Of a stretch of DNA of 64,000 bases, positions 19,491 to 27,566 are shown one piece after another; position 1 is the stretch's first letter; each line of letters begins with the position of its first letter. This DNA is from Collinsella sp. (lineage in GTDB: Bacteria; Actinomycetota; Coriobacteriia; Coriobacteriales; Coriobacteriaceae), in contig JAHYYJ010000002.1 in assembly GCA_019425015.1 (NCBI GenBank), forward strand, positions 118,236 through 182,235, read 5' to 3'. Under the pieces are notes generated by a model. That model saw only the letters and a program-made list of their open reading frames with translations, did not search any database and was not told the origin of the DNA. A program made the translations under genes and the position numbers.

Positions 19491-19796
19491 AATCGTTCAA
19501 GTATCCGCAGGTTCTTTGGTCTTTTGGACCGCCGCCCCCGCGAACGAAAAAGATAATACGATGCAACCTTGGGGGCTGTCAACGAAAACCTCTAGATACA
19601 CGGTTCCGGGCGTATCTATATGCTTTCGACCTGCGGTTTTGTTGAGTTTGGATATGAAGGACGGTGGATTTGGCTGCGCTGGTGACATTTCCCGAGCGAA
19701 TACTTTGGTGTAGTGGAGTACACCTTCAGGATCGAACTTCGATAACGGCTTATTTACACCTATATATAGGTCGAGATCGGGCTTCCGCGGCAAATT

Positions 19797-19941
19797 CGAG
19801 CGTGGATTATCTCCCGTTTGAAATCGAGCGTGGATAATCTCCCACTTTTGACGTGCCACTGGGCCCAAAGTGGGAGATTATCCACGTTCATTCTCTAGGC
19901 GGAAGATTTTCCACTCTCGTGTGTCCGAAAATCCTCGCTCG
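19797..19941. repeat. cluster A of five 19-mer repeats (CGAGCGTGGATAATCTCCC-like) including a perfect 20-bp palindrome
   Basis: Direct copies at 19797-19815 and 19825-19843. Inverted copies at 19872-19890, 19901-19919 and 19921-19941. Palindrome arms at 19829-19848 and 19867-19886. Confidence 0.85.
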
Positions 19942-19971
19942 ATGCCGATGACTAACCTCGCCCCAGTTTCA

Positions 19972-20190
19972 GTCTCGATCTGTAACAGTAAGAGGGTTAT
20001 TCCTCCCCTATCTGTTACAGATCAAGATGTTTCCCTGGCGGCCTGTCTGTTTATCTAAATCTATAACAGCAAGAACGGCTTTCAGCCTCTTCGTGTTACA
20101 GATCGAGATGTTATCGACCATCCCTTGGCATTGTCTCGATCTGTAACTATAAGGAGGGTTTTCAGCCTCTTCGTATTACAGATCGAGACA
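19972..20190. repeat. three tandem ~57-nt imperfect hairpin units (TCTCGATCTGTAAC...GTTACAGATCGAGA)
   Basis: Units at 19972-20027, 20053-20109 and 20131-20190, with a period of about 80 nt. The right halves of units 2 and 3 are about 90% identical. Confidence 0.8.
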
Positions 20191-20240
20191 AACCTGAAGC
20201 TTGGTTGGCGCCAAACACGCCGACTTATCGACATAAATAG

Positions 20241-20277
20241 AAACGGGCCCTGTCCCTCAGGGGGACAGAGCCCGAAA
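20241..20277 (-). terminator. hairpin after tRNA-Thr(TGT), contains GGGACAG/CTGTCCC
   Basis: GGGCCCTGTCCC TCAG GGGGACAGAGCCC. Confidence 0.5.
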
Positions 20278-20283
20278 CTTTCA

Positions 20284-20358
20284 TGGAGCCAGTGACAGGA
20301 ATCGAACCTGCAACCCACTGATTACAAATCAGTTGCGCTACCGTTGCGCCACACTGGC
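20284..20358 (-). tRNA. tRNA-Thr (TGT)
   Basis: GCCAGTGTGGCGCAACGGTAGCGC..., anticodon loop TTTGTAA, encoded CCA. Confidence 0.9.
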
Positions 20359-20442
20359 ACACTTGGCGCTTTCGCGCGAAGCCAATTAAGAATAAAGGAA
20401 TTGCTGACAAGGCGCAACAGACCCTTTGACCGACCACATCTC

Positions 20443-20510
20443 AAAACTATTCGTCAGAACGAATAGTTTTATCCGTTCGCCAAAACAAAAAACTATTCGT
20501 TTTGGCGACG
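20443..20510 (-). terminator. two adjacent palindromes sharing AACTATTCG, likely terminators of the cysS-yacP operon
   Basis: AAAACTATTCGT caga ACGAATAGTTTT at 20443-20470. CGCCAAAAC ... GTTTTGGCG at 20478-20507. Confidence 0.5.
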
Positions 20511-20581
20511 GCAACCCACAGTCCATTGATTACAAATCAACGGGCCGGCCAATTGGAAAACGGGTCTCTATGGATAATCCC

Positions 20582-21259
20582 CTACCGTCCGCGCAGGGCC
20601 TTGAGCTTGGCCAGGGCATCGGGACTCAGGCGGCTGCCCAGAGTCATCTTGATCTGCGGAGCTTCCTCTGCCTCGTGAACGTCGTTGTCGATCTGTTTGA
20701 TCTCGTCCACCAGCATACGGCTCGAGATGCGCGTGACGCCCTTGCCCATGACGACGGCCTGTATTGTGCCGTCACTCGATACCACGGAGCACGCGCGGCC
20801 TTCCTCGCGTGCCTCGATGCAGAGCTTCTGCACCACGGTATCGGCAGAGACGCCCGTCGGCGAGAACTCGATGCGCACGCCGCGGGCCGGTAGGTTGGGG
20901 CGCTCGTTGGAGATGTTGCCCGCGCCGTCGAACACGATCACGGCCTCGTAGCGGCCCTGGGCAAACGCGGCAACATCGTTGATGAGTGCCGTGCGCGCCA
21001 TATCGTGAACGTCGCTGGAATACGGATCATCGGAATGGTCGTAGACGAGCTTTTCGTAGCGCGGCGTGCAGTGGATCACGTTGTAGCCGTCGACCACCAG
21101 CAGCTCGGGCTTATTGGAGTGCACCGTCGAGACCGGGTCGGCGATGGCCTGCGCAAACGCATTGCCGCCCACGCCATAGGTCGCGGCCGAAACAATCGGC
21201 TTGGCCGAGCCTTCGCCAAAGCGCTTGGCCTTGGACTTGGCGCGGTTCTTCTTGGACAT
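20582..21259 (-). CDS. NYN-domain protein (YacP/Rae1-like ribonuclease)
   Basis: LLVVDGYNVIH ... AVIVFDGAGN ... GVSADTVVQKL pattern. Conserved position after rlmB. Confidence 0.8.
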   Translation of the reverse strand: MSKKNRAKSKAKRFGEGSAKPIVSAATYGVGGNAFAQAIADPVSTVHSNKPELLVVDGYNVIHCTPRYEKLVYDHSDDPYSSDVHDMARTALINDVAAFAQGRYEAVIVFDGAGNISNERPNLPARGVRIEFSPTGVSADTVVQKLCIEAREEGRACSVVSSDGTIQAVVMGKGVTRISSRMLVDEIKQIDNDVHEAEEAPQIKMTLGSRLSPDALAKLKALRGR

Positions 21260-21262
21260 GCG

Positions 21263-22177
21263 CTACTCCTCCCCCATGAGCTCGCCGGCATTGTGGCGCA
21301 GCCACTCAAAGCACAGCGCGGTGGTCGCCTGGGCCACGTTGAGACTCTCGGTCATGCCGCGCTGGGGAAGCTTGGTCAAAAAGTCACATTTCTCGAGCAC
21401 CAGACGCGAGATGCCGTCGCCCTCGGAGCCCATGACGAGCGCCACGCGGCCCTCGAAGGGAGCATCCCAGCAGCTGCCCTCGGCATGCTCGGAAGCGCCA
21501 CCCACCCAAAAGCCGGCGGCCTTGAGGTCATCGAGCGCACGAGCGATATTGGGCACCTGCGCGATAGGCAGATGCATGACGGCGCCGGCGGAGGTCTTGT
21601 AGCTGCCCACGGTCACGCCGGCGGCACGCTTGTTGGCGATGATGACGCCCGCTGCGCCCACAACCTCGGCAGAGCGCACGATGGCGCCAAAGTTACCGTC
21701 GTCGGTCACATGGTCGAGCACCACGACAAGCGCCGGGCCCTCGCCTGCGCGGTCGAGGATGTCGGCGACATCGGCGTAAGGGAAGTTGCCCACCTCGAGC
21801 GCAATGCCCTGGTGAGCGCCATGGCTCGACAGCGCATCGAGCTGCGCGCGCGGCACATACTTAATGCGGACACCCGTGGCGTTGAGGTCATCGACCAGGC
21901 GCGACAGAGCGGCATCGCGCTCCCCGCCCTCGGCGATGAGCGCGCACTTGATGGGAAAACCGGTGCGCAGCGCCTCGGCGGCAGCACGACGACCTTCGAT
22001 AAACTCGCCCTTGGGAACCTGGATAGCGTCGCGGTTACGATCACGTTGCGGACGTGCGGCCTGGGCGCGATCGCGCTGGCCCTTGGGAGCGGCAGCGCGG
22101 TCGTTGCGGCGAATCGGACGCGAGCCAGAAGCAGTCTGCTTGCCGCCACGAGGCGCACGCTTGCGATTGTCGGCCAT
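21263..22177 (-). CDS. rlmB: 23S rRNA (guanosine-2'-O)-methyltransferase, TrmH/RlmB family
   Basis: SpoU motifs (LDHVTDDGNFGAIVRSA, LVMGSEGDGIS, ESLNVAQA). Arg-rich N-terminal tail. Confidence 0.85.
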   Translation of the reverse strand: MADNRKRAPRGGKQTASGSRPIRRNDRAAAPKGQRDRAQAARPQRDRNRDAIQVPKGEFIEGRRAAAEALRTGFPIKCALIAEGGERDAALSRLVDDLNATGVRIKYVPRAQLDALSSHGAHQGIALEVGNFPYADVADILDRAGEGPALVVVLDHVTDDGNFGAIVRSAEVVGAAGVIIANKRAAGVTVGSYKTSAGAVMHLPIAQVPNIARALDDLKAAGFWVGGASEHAEGSCWDAPFEGRVALVMGSEGDGISRLVLEKCDFLTKLPQRGMTESLNVAQATTALCFEWLRHNAGELMGEE

Positions 22178-22320
22178 AAAACGGCCTCCTTAAATAGATA
22201 ACGAACAAGAATCGACCGTCCGAGCCATGGCACCTTGCCTTTCAATCGTCGGGCATGACCACCAGGTCTATGCCCTCCTCTTTCAAGGCAATCTGCCGCA
22301 CCTCGAACGGTCGACAAATA

Positions 22321-23787
22321 CTAGAGACTCTTAATACGAGTGCCCGCGGCAGTATCCTCAATGGTGAGGCCCAGGTCCTTGAGCTGATCGCGGATGGCAT
22401 CTGCCAGATCCCAGTTCTTGGCGGCACGGGCCTCGGCGCGGGCCTCGAGAATCTTGGCAGCAGCCTCGTCCACGTCGTCGCCCGTATAGGCAACCAGACC
22501 GGCGGCAACGCCCAGCAGGCCCAGCGGCAGCTCGACCTTGGGCTCAGGAAGCTCAACACCAAACGTATCGAGCAGCTCGACCAGCGTATCGGCGGCAGCC
22601 AAGGCTGCGGCCTTGTCGGCAGCGTCGCCCGCCTGCTCCAGATACTGGTTGCACTCGGTGACAAAGCCAAAGACGGCGCCCATGGCACCGGCGGTGTTAA
22701 AGTCGTCGTCCATGCACTCCTTAAAAGCGGCACGGGTCTCGGCGGCCTTGGCGGCAAACGCCTCGGATGCTGCCTCATCGGCATCGGCCGTCGCATGGTT
22801 CGCAGCCCAACGCAGGTTCTCGACCGTACCGGCGATACGCGCGAGCGAGTTCTCGGCACCCTCCAGGCGCTCCCACGAAAAGTCGAGCGGCGAGCGATAG
22901 CTCGTCTGCAGCATCAGCAGGCGCAGGGCGGCAGCGGAGTGCTGCTCGAGGACCTCGGCCAGCGTAAAGAAGTTGCCGAGCGACTTGGACATCTTCTCGC
23001 CGTCGACCAGCAGCATGCCCGTGTGCATCCAGGTGTTGGAGAAGCCCTGGTGCCAGGCGCAGGTAGCCTGGGCGCACTCGTTCTCGTGATGCGGGAAGGC
23101 AAGGTCGGAGCCACCGCCGTGGATGTCGATCGGGGTGCCCAGGTAGCGGTGCACCATGGCGGCGCACTCGGTGTGCCAACCGGGACGGCCCTCGCCCCAG
23201 GGGCTCGGCCAGCTGGGCTCGCCGGGCTTGGCGGCCTTCCACAGGGCAAAGTCGAGCGGGTCGTTCTTGTCCTCGTTCTCCTCGATGCGCGCGCCAACCA
23301 TCAGATCGTCGATGTTGCGGCCCGAAACCTGACCATAGTTGGGATCGCTGCGCACGGCAAAGTACACGTCGCCGTTATCGGCGGCGTAGGCATGGCCCTG
23401 CTCGATAAGCGTCTTGATCATAGCGATCATGGGGCCGATCTCCTTGGTGGCGCGGGGGCGCACATCGGGGTCGAGCACGTTGGCGGCACGCATGACGCCG
23501 ATGAACTTGTCGGAGAACTCCGTCGCGACCTCGGCGGCCGTGCGGCCCTGCTCGTTGGCGCGCTTGATGATCTTGTCATCGACATCGGTGAGGTTCTGGG
23601 CGAACGTGACCTCGTAGCCGCTCGCGATGAGCCAGCGACGAATCACGTCAAAGCTGATGAACGTGCGGGCATTGCCGATGTGGATGTTGTCGTAGACCGT
23701 GGGGCCACACACGTACATGCGGACCTTGCCGGACTCGATGGGCTGGAACTCTTCCTTTTTATGGGTAGCGCTGTTGTAGATACGCAT
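22321..23787 (-). CDS. cysS: cysteine--tRNA ligase
   Basis: Class I HIGN (YDNIHIGNARTF), KMSKS, and the cysteine-specific WHTECAAM motif. Confidence 0.95.
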   Translation of the reverse strand: MRIYNSATHKKEEFQPIESGKVRMYVCGPTVYDNIHIGNARTFISFDVIRRWLIASGYEVTFAQNLTDVDDKIIKRANEQGRTAAEVATEFSDKFIGVMRAANVLDPDVRPRATKEIGPMIAMIKTLIEQGHAYAADNGDVYFAVRSDPNYGQVSGRNIDDLMVGARIEENEDKNDPLDFALWKAAKPGEPSWPSPWGEGRPGWHTECAAMVHRYLGTPIDIHGGGSDLAFPHHENECAQATCAWHQGFSNTWMHTGMLLVDGEKMSKSLGNFFTLAEVLEQHSAAALRLLMLQTSYRSPLDFSWERLEGAENSLARIAGTVENLRWAANHATADADEAASEAFAAKAAETRAAFKECMDDDFNTAGAMGAVFGFVTECNQYLEQAGDAADKAAALAAADTLVELLDTFGVELPEPKVELPLGLLGVAAGLVAYTGDDVDEAAAKILEARAEARAAKNWDLADAIRDQLKDLGLTIEDTAAGTRIKSL

Positions 23788-23790
23788 TCG

Positions 23791-24285
23791 TTACTCCTTA
23801 ACGGTTTTCTGTAGCAGGCAGACGGCCCAGGCGCCAATTCCCTCGCCTTGGCCTTCCCAACCGAGCTTTTCGGTCGTGGTGGCGGCGACGCCCACGTTTT
23901 CCACGTCGACGCCCAGGGCATGGGCAAGGTTGGCGCGCATGGCATCGCGGTGCGGAGTGATCTTGGGTTGCTGACAGGCAATGGTGCAATCGGCATCGAC
24001 AAACTCAAAGCCCAGCTCGCGTGCATAGTCCATCACGCGGGCAAGTAGCACCATCGAGTCGGCACCCTCGTAGGCGGGATCGGTGTCGGGGAACAGCTTG
24101 CCGATGTCTCCCCCGCGGCAGGCGCCCAGAATGGCGTCGGCCAAAGCGTGCGCGAGCACATCGGCATCCGAGTGGCCCAGCAGGCCGCGCTCGTAGGGAA
24201 TGTCGACCCCGCCGATGATACATCGACGCCCCTCCACCAGACGGTGAACGTCGTAGCCATGGCCAATGCGCAGGTTACTGAACAT
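23791..24285 (-). CDS. ispF: 2-C-methyl-D-erythritol 2,4-cyclodiphosphate synthase
   Basis: RIGHGYDVHRL ... GHSDADVLAHA motifs. Confidence 0.95.
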   Translation of the reverse strand: MFSNLRIGHGYDVHRLVEGRRCIIGGVDIPYERGLLGHSDADVLAHALADAILGACRGGDIGKLFPDTDPAYEGADSMVLLARVMDYARELGFEFVDADCTIACQQPKITPHRDAMRANLAHALGVDVENVGVAATTTEKLGWEGQGEGIGAWAVCLLQKTVKE

Positions 24286-25003
24286 GGGGAAGGTCCTCTC
24301 CCTCGGCCATGCGACCGAGCAGAATCGCGGTTACGGGACGCAGGTCCTCGGGCACCGTCACCTTAAGGTTATCGCGCGGGCTCTGGACGCAGCGGACGCG
24401 CCCACCCATGCGCTCGACCAGTGACGAATCGTCCGTGCCGATAAAGCCCTCAGCAATCGCCGTGGCATGGGCACGCTTCATAGCATCGACGCTAAAGATC
24501 TGCGGCGTCTGCGCGGCCCAATAGAGCTCACGCGGCGGCGTCTCGACGATATTATCGCCATCGACGATCTTGAGCGTGTCGATCGCGGGCTGGCCGCACA
24601 CGACGCCGTCGAGCGAGCGGTCACCCACAAGCACGTCGACCGCATGATCGATGGCCTCGGTCGTGATGAGCGGACGGGCGCCGTCGTGGATGGCGACATA
24701 TTCGAAACCCGCCGGTACCGCATGCACGCCGGCACGGGTGGAGTCCTGGCGGGTGTCGCCGGCATCGGCAAAACTGATGGGCGTGTCATAGTCAAACGGG
24801 TCGATGGCCAGGCGGCGCATCTCGGCACGGCGCTCGGCAGGGCACACCACCACGATGTGGCCGACCTTGTTGCTACGATCGAACGCGCGGATGGACCAGC
24901 TCATGAGCGGACGGCCCGCCACGTTAACGAGCTGCTTGCCGCCGGGATTTCCAAAGCGCTGGCCGCTGCCGCCGGCAACGACCACGGCGCATACGGGCGC
25001 CAT
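24275..25003 (-). CDS. ispD: 2-C-methyl-D-erythritol 4-phosphate cytidylyltransferase
   Basis: VVAGGSGQRFG P-loop-like motif. Overlaps ispF by 11 nt and the disA stop (TAATG). Confidence 0.9.
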   Translation of the reverse strand: MAPVCAVVVAGGSGQRFGNPGGKQLVNVAGRPLMSWSIRAFDRSNKVGHIVVVCPAERRAEMRRLAIDPFDYDTPISFADAGDTRQDSTRAGVHAVPAGFEYVAIHDGARPLITTEAIDHAVDVLVGDRSLDGVVCGQPAIDTLKIVDGDNIVETPPRELYWAAQTPQIFSVDAMKRAHATAIAEGFIGTDDSSLVERMGGRVRCVQSPRDNLKVTVPEDLRPVTAILLGRMAEGEDLPHVQ

Positions 25004-26070
25004 TATGCGTTCCCCTGTTTGGTGCCCTTCATGCGGTACAGGGAGTCCGCAAGAATGGCAGGGTTGTTGACGCCAAAGTCGCCCAGGCGCTCCGGATCTT
25101 CGCTGATGTCGTCCATGAGCTCCTGCAGCGATCCATACTCGTCGACGATCTTCTCGGCCACGCCGTCGCGCACGACGGACACGCGCGAAAGCGTGCGCAG
25201 GCCCAGCGGTGTCATGACGGAGTCCTCGTCCAGGTCGTCGTAACCCAGAACCGCCGCCACATGCTGCGGGTCGGACAAGTCCTTGGGCGTCATACGGCTC
25301 AGGTTGGCGCGGATCTTTTCGGCATTGGCCTCGGAGGAATCGCTCGCATAGTCGCGAATCATCAGGTCGTACTCGGTATCCATGCTGGAGCCGGCGAGCT
25401 GCTCAAGCTGCATCTGCACGAGCTTGCCCTGGTTGCCCAGCTTGACAATGCAATCCTTAAGTTCGGTCTTTGCCTGCTGCATGATCTCGAAGCTCGAGAA
25501 AATCCCGGTAATGTCGGCGAGCGTAACGTAGTCGTCGAGCTCGAGGGCTGTCAGACGCAGCAGGGAGCGGTCGAGCGACTGACGGGTGGTCTGGAGCGTG
25601 GCGACGAGCTGGTTGACCGAGCTCATGATGGTGGTGACAGGCTGGATCTCGTAGCTCTTACCGTGGACGTACACGTTGACGACGGCACGACGAGCCGAAA
25701 CCGAGATCACGATGGCGTCGGTGAGCACCGACATGCGAGCGGCAGTACGGTGACGCATGCCCGTTTCACTCGTGGCGAGCGAGGGATCGGGATTGAGGTG
25801 GAAGTTGGCGCGCAGGATCTGGGTGAGGTCGCCATCGATGACGATGGCACCGTCCATCTTGGAAAGCTCGAACAGGCGGTTCGAGGTAAACGAAATGTTG
25901 AGCGGGAAGCCGTCGTTACCGGCAGCGAGTACGTTTTCGGTGTCGCCGACGCAGATAAGGGCACCCAGGTGACCAGCAATGATCATGTCGAGGGCGGTGC
26001 GGATCGGCTGGCCGGGGGCAGTCAGGCGAATAGCCTGTTCCATACGCTTTTGCAGCTCGTTCTTATCCAA
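25003..26070 (-). CDS. disA: DNA integrity scanning protein DisA (diadenylate cyclase)
   Basis: DAC domain (GALICVGD...DGAIVID...RHRTAARMS) plus a C-terminal HhH region. Confidence 0.9.
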   Translation of the reverse strand: MDKNELQKRMEQAIRLTAPGQPIRTALDMIIAGHLGALICVGDTENVLAAGNDGFPLNISFTSNRLFELSKMDGAIVIDGDLTQILRANFHLNPDPSLATSETGMRHRTAARMSVLTDAIVISVSARRAVVNVYVHGKSYEIQPVTTIMSSVNQLVATLQTTRQSLDRSLLRLTALELDDYVTLADITGIFSSFEIMQQAKTELKDCIVKLGNQGKLVQMQLEQLAGSSMDTEYDLMIRDYASDSSEANAEKIRANLSRMTPKDLSDPQHVAAVLGYDDLDEDSVMTPLGLRTLSRVSVVRDGVAEKIVDEYGSLQELMDDISEDPERLGDFGVNNPAILADSLYRMKGTKQGNA

Positions 26071-26235
26071 GGCATCGCTCCCATCGTATACGCTCCATAA
26101 ACGCTAAATAGTTTCTCACGGTTTGTCCCCGCAGCGCTTGCGAAATCCGATGCTTACAGAATGAGCGAACACCGCTGGGGTAGTCAAAAGAGCCCCAACC
26201 CAAATGAGCTGCTTATGTGGTAGCATCGGGGTTCA

Positions 26236-26376
26236 CATGAATGAGGGAGTAGTCGCGTGACCGGGTTCGCCTCCGGTGGCGCGGTAAGTCAACACACTGG
26301 CCGATGCGGCCTGGCTTGCCTTAATGAACGAGACTCGTGGCTGTGCGCGCAACGCGTACGCCACGGGTCTTTTTTG
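26236..26376 (+). promoter_or_regulatory. yybP-ykoY manganese riboswitch with terminator
   Basis: GAGGGAGTAG 5' box, GTCAACACA, CGAGACTC 3' box. Followed by terminator CGTGGC...GCCACGGGTCTTTTTT, directly upstream of mntP. Confidence 0.7.
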
Positions 26377-26428
26377 TTACTCCCCCAAGAGGTACACGCG
26401 GGCCCGCCCGCAGAGAGAGAGCCAGACT

Positions 26429-27007
26429 ATGGGACTCGCAGAGCTCGTGCTGCTCGCCGTTGGCCTTTCGATGGACGCCTTTGCCGTATCCATCTGCAAG
26501 GGCCTTGGCATGAAGAAGATCAACCTTAAAGTCGCCGCGGTGCTCGGCCTGTTCTTTGGCGGCTTTCAGGCCGGCATGCCCGTAATCGGATGGGCGCTTG
26601 GCAGTCAATTCATGGGCATCATCGGACCCATCGACCACTGGATCGCCTTTATTCTGCTCGCCTTCATCGGCGGCAAAATGCTGTGGGAGGCCTTTACCGA
26701 GGACGAGGACGAAGGCGACAACAAGAATGCCGAGAGGATTGACCTGGGCGAGTACCTAATCCTTGCCATCGCCACCTCGATTGATGCCCTAGCCGTAGGC
26801 ATCTCGTTTGCGGCACTCTCGGTCGACATCGTTCCCGCCGTATCGCTTATCGGCGTCACAACGTTTATCTTCTCTGTCGCCGGCGTGGCGATTGGCCACA
26901 CCTTTGGCGCACGCTACGAAAAACCCGCCACCATCGTGGGCGGCATCGTGCTCACCCTCATCGGACTTAAGATCTTGCTTGAGCATCTGGGGATTTTGGC
27001 GCTGTAA
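26429..27007 (+). CDS. mntP: manganese efflux pump MntP
   Basis: ORF 26324..27007. Start at ATG 26429 (MGLAELVLLAVGLSMDAFAVSI). Duplicated DUF204-type SxDAxAVG motifs. Confidence 0.9.
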   Translation: MGLAELVLLAVGLSMDAFAVSICKGLGMKKINLKVAAVLGLFFGGFQAGMPVIGWALGSQFMGIIGPIDHWIAFILLAFIGGKMLWEAFTEDEDEGDNKNAERIDLGEYLILAIATSIDALAVGISFAALSVDIVPAVSLIGVTTFIFSVAGVAIGHTFGARYEKPATIVGGIVLTLIGLKILLEHLGILAL

Positions 27008-27043
27008 CGCCAAACGCAATCGCTCAAAACTCAACGCCAGTAC

Positions 27044-27078
27044 AAGGCCTCATGCAAAGTTTTGCATGAGGCCTTTTC
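27044..27078 (+). terminator. rho-independent terminator of mntP
   Basis: AAGGCCTCATGCAAA / TTTGCATGAGGCCTT followed by TTT. Confidence 0.75.
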
Positions 27079-27079
27079 G

Positions 27080-27120
27080 TGCAGACTTTTGCATGTCATA
27101 CTGATATGCAAAAGTCTGCA
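27080..27120 (+). promoter_or_regulatory. perfect 15-bp inverted repeat, putative HipB operator overlapping the hipBA promoter
   Basis: TGCAGACTTTTGCAT (27080-27094) and ATGCAAAAGTCTGCA (27106-27120) flank a CATACT -10-like hexamer. Confidence 0.6.
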
Positions 27121-27134
27121 TGTTGGAGATCGCC

Positions 27135-27566
27135 ATGGATACCATTCCCATCACCACACCACGCCAAGCTGGCATCTACGTGCGCCAGGCACGCGAGGCT
27201 CAGGGTCTCACCCGTGCCGCCCTCGCCAAAACGGCCAGTGTTTCGGAGCGCCTGCTCGCATCGCTCGAGCTAGGAGACGCCACCGGCATTCGACTCGACA
27301 AGTTGCTGTCCGTCTTTAACGCACTCGGCATAGGTCTCTTTGCGCAAAGCGATAACGACTCCATCGCATCGCCCTCCGAACATCCGACGACGAAAGCGGA
27401 CCTCCCTATCGCGAACTCGAATGCCCTGCCAAAGCCAAGCGTAGGCAGACGACCCGCTCGACAGGGAACGCCATCTTCCTATGGTGCCTTGCTGGCCCAA
27501 ATCGCAGCCGAGCAAGGCCTTTCCGACACTTCAGACCTCTCCTTTGGCTGTAAGGTTGTGAAATAA
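27135..27566 (+). CDS. hipB: XRE-family HTH antitoxin (HipB-like) with long C-terminal tail
   Basis: ORF 27120..27566. HTH QAREAQGLTRAALAKTASVSERLLASLE. ATG 27135 after GGAG. Abuts hipA. Confidence 0.75.
   Translation: MDTIPITTPRQAGIYVRQAREAQGLTRAALAKTASVSERLLASLELGDATGIRLDKLLSVFNALGIGLFAQSDNDSIASPSEHPTTKADLPIANSNALPKPSVGRRPARQGTPSSYGALLAQIAAEQGLSDTSDLSFGCKVVK

Noticed and set aside
19497-19868. 123-aa minus-strand ORF and 65-aa plus ORF in the tRNA-flanked island
   Set aside because: They have no RBS and odd composition, they run across repeat elements, and they show no recognisable family.
19972-20190. Possible CRISPR array
   Set aside because: There are only three units. Each is a ~57-nt imperfect palindrome rather than a 28-37-nt direct repeat, the left arms are degenerate, the spacers are only about 25 nt, and no cas genes or leader are in the window.
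19497-20581. Chromosomal replication origin (DnaA-box-like cluster, GATC cluster, AT-rich palindrome)
   Set aside because: Gene orientation does not switch here: everything from 15.1 to 61.2 kb is on the minus strand. There is no dnaA/dnaN nearby. The same box-containing palindrome recurs at 34.4 kb, so a repeat or regulatory element is more likely.
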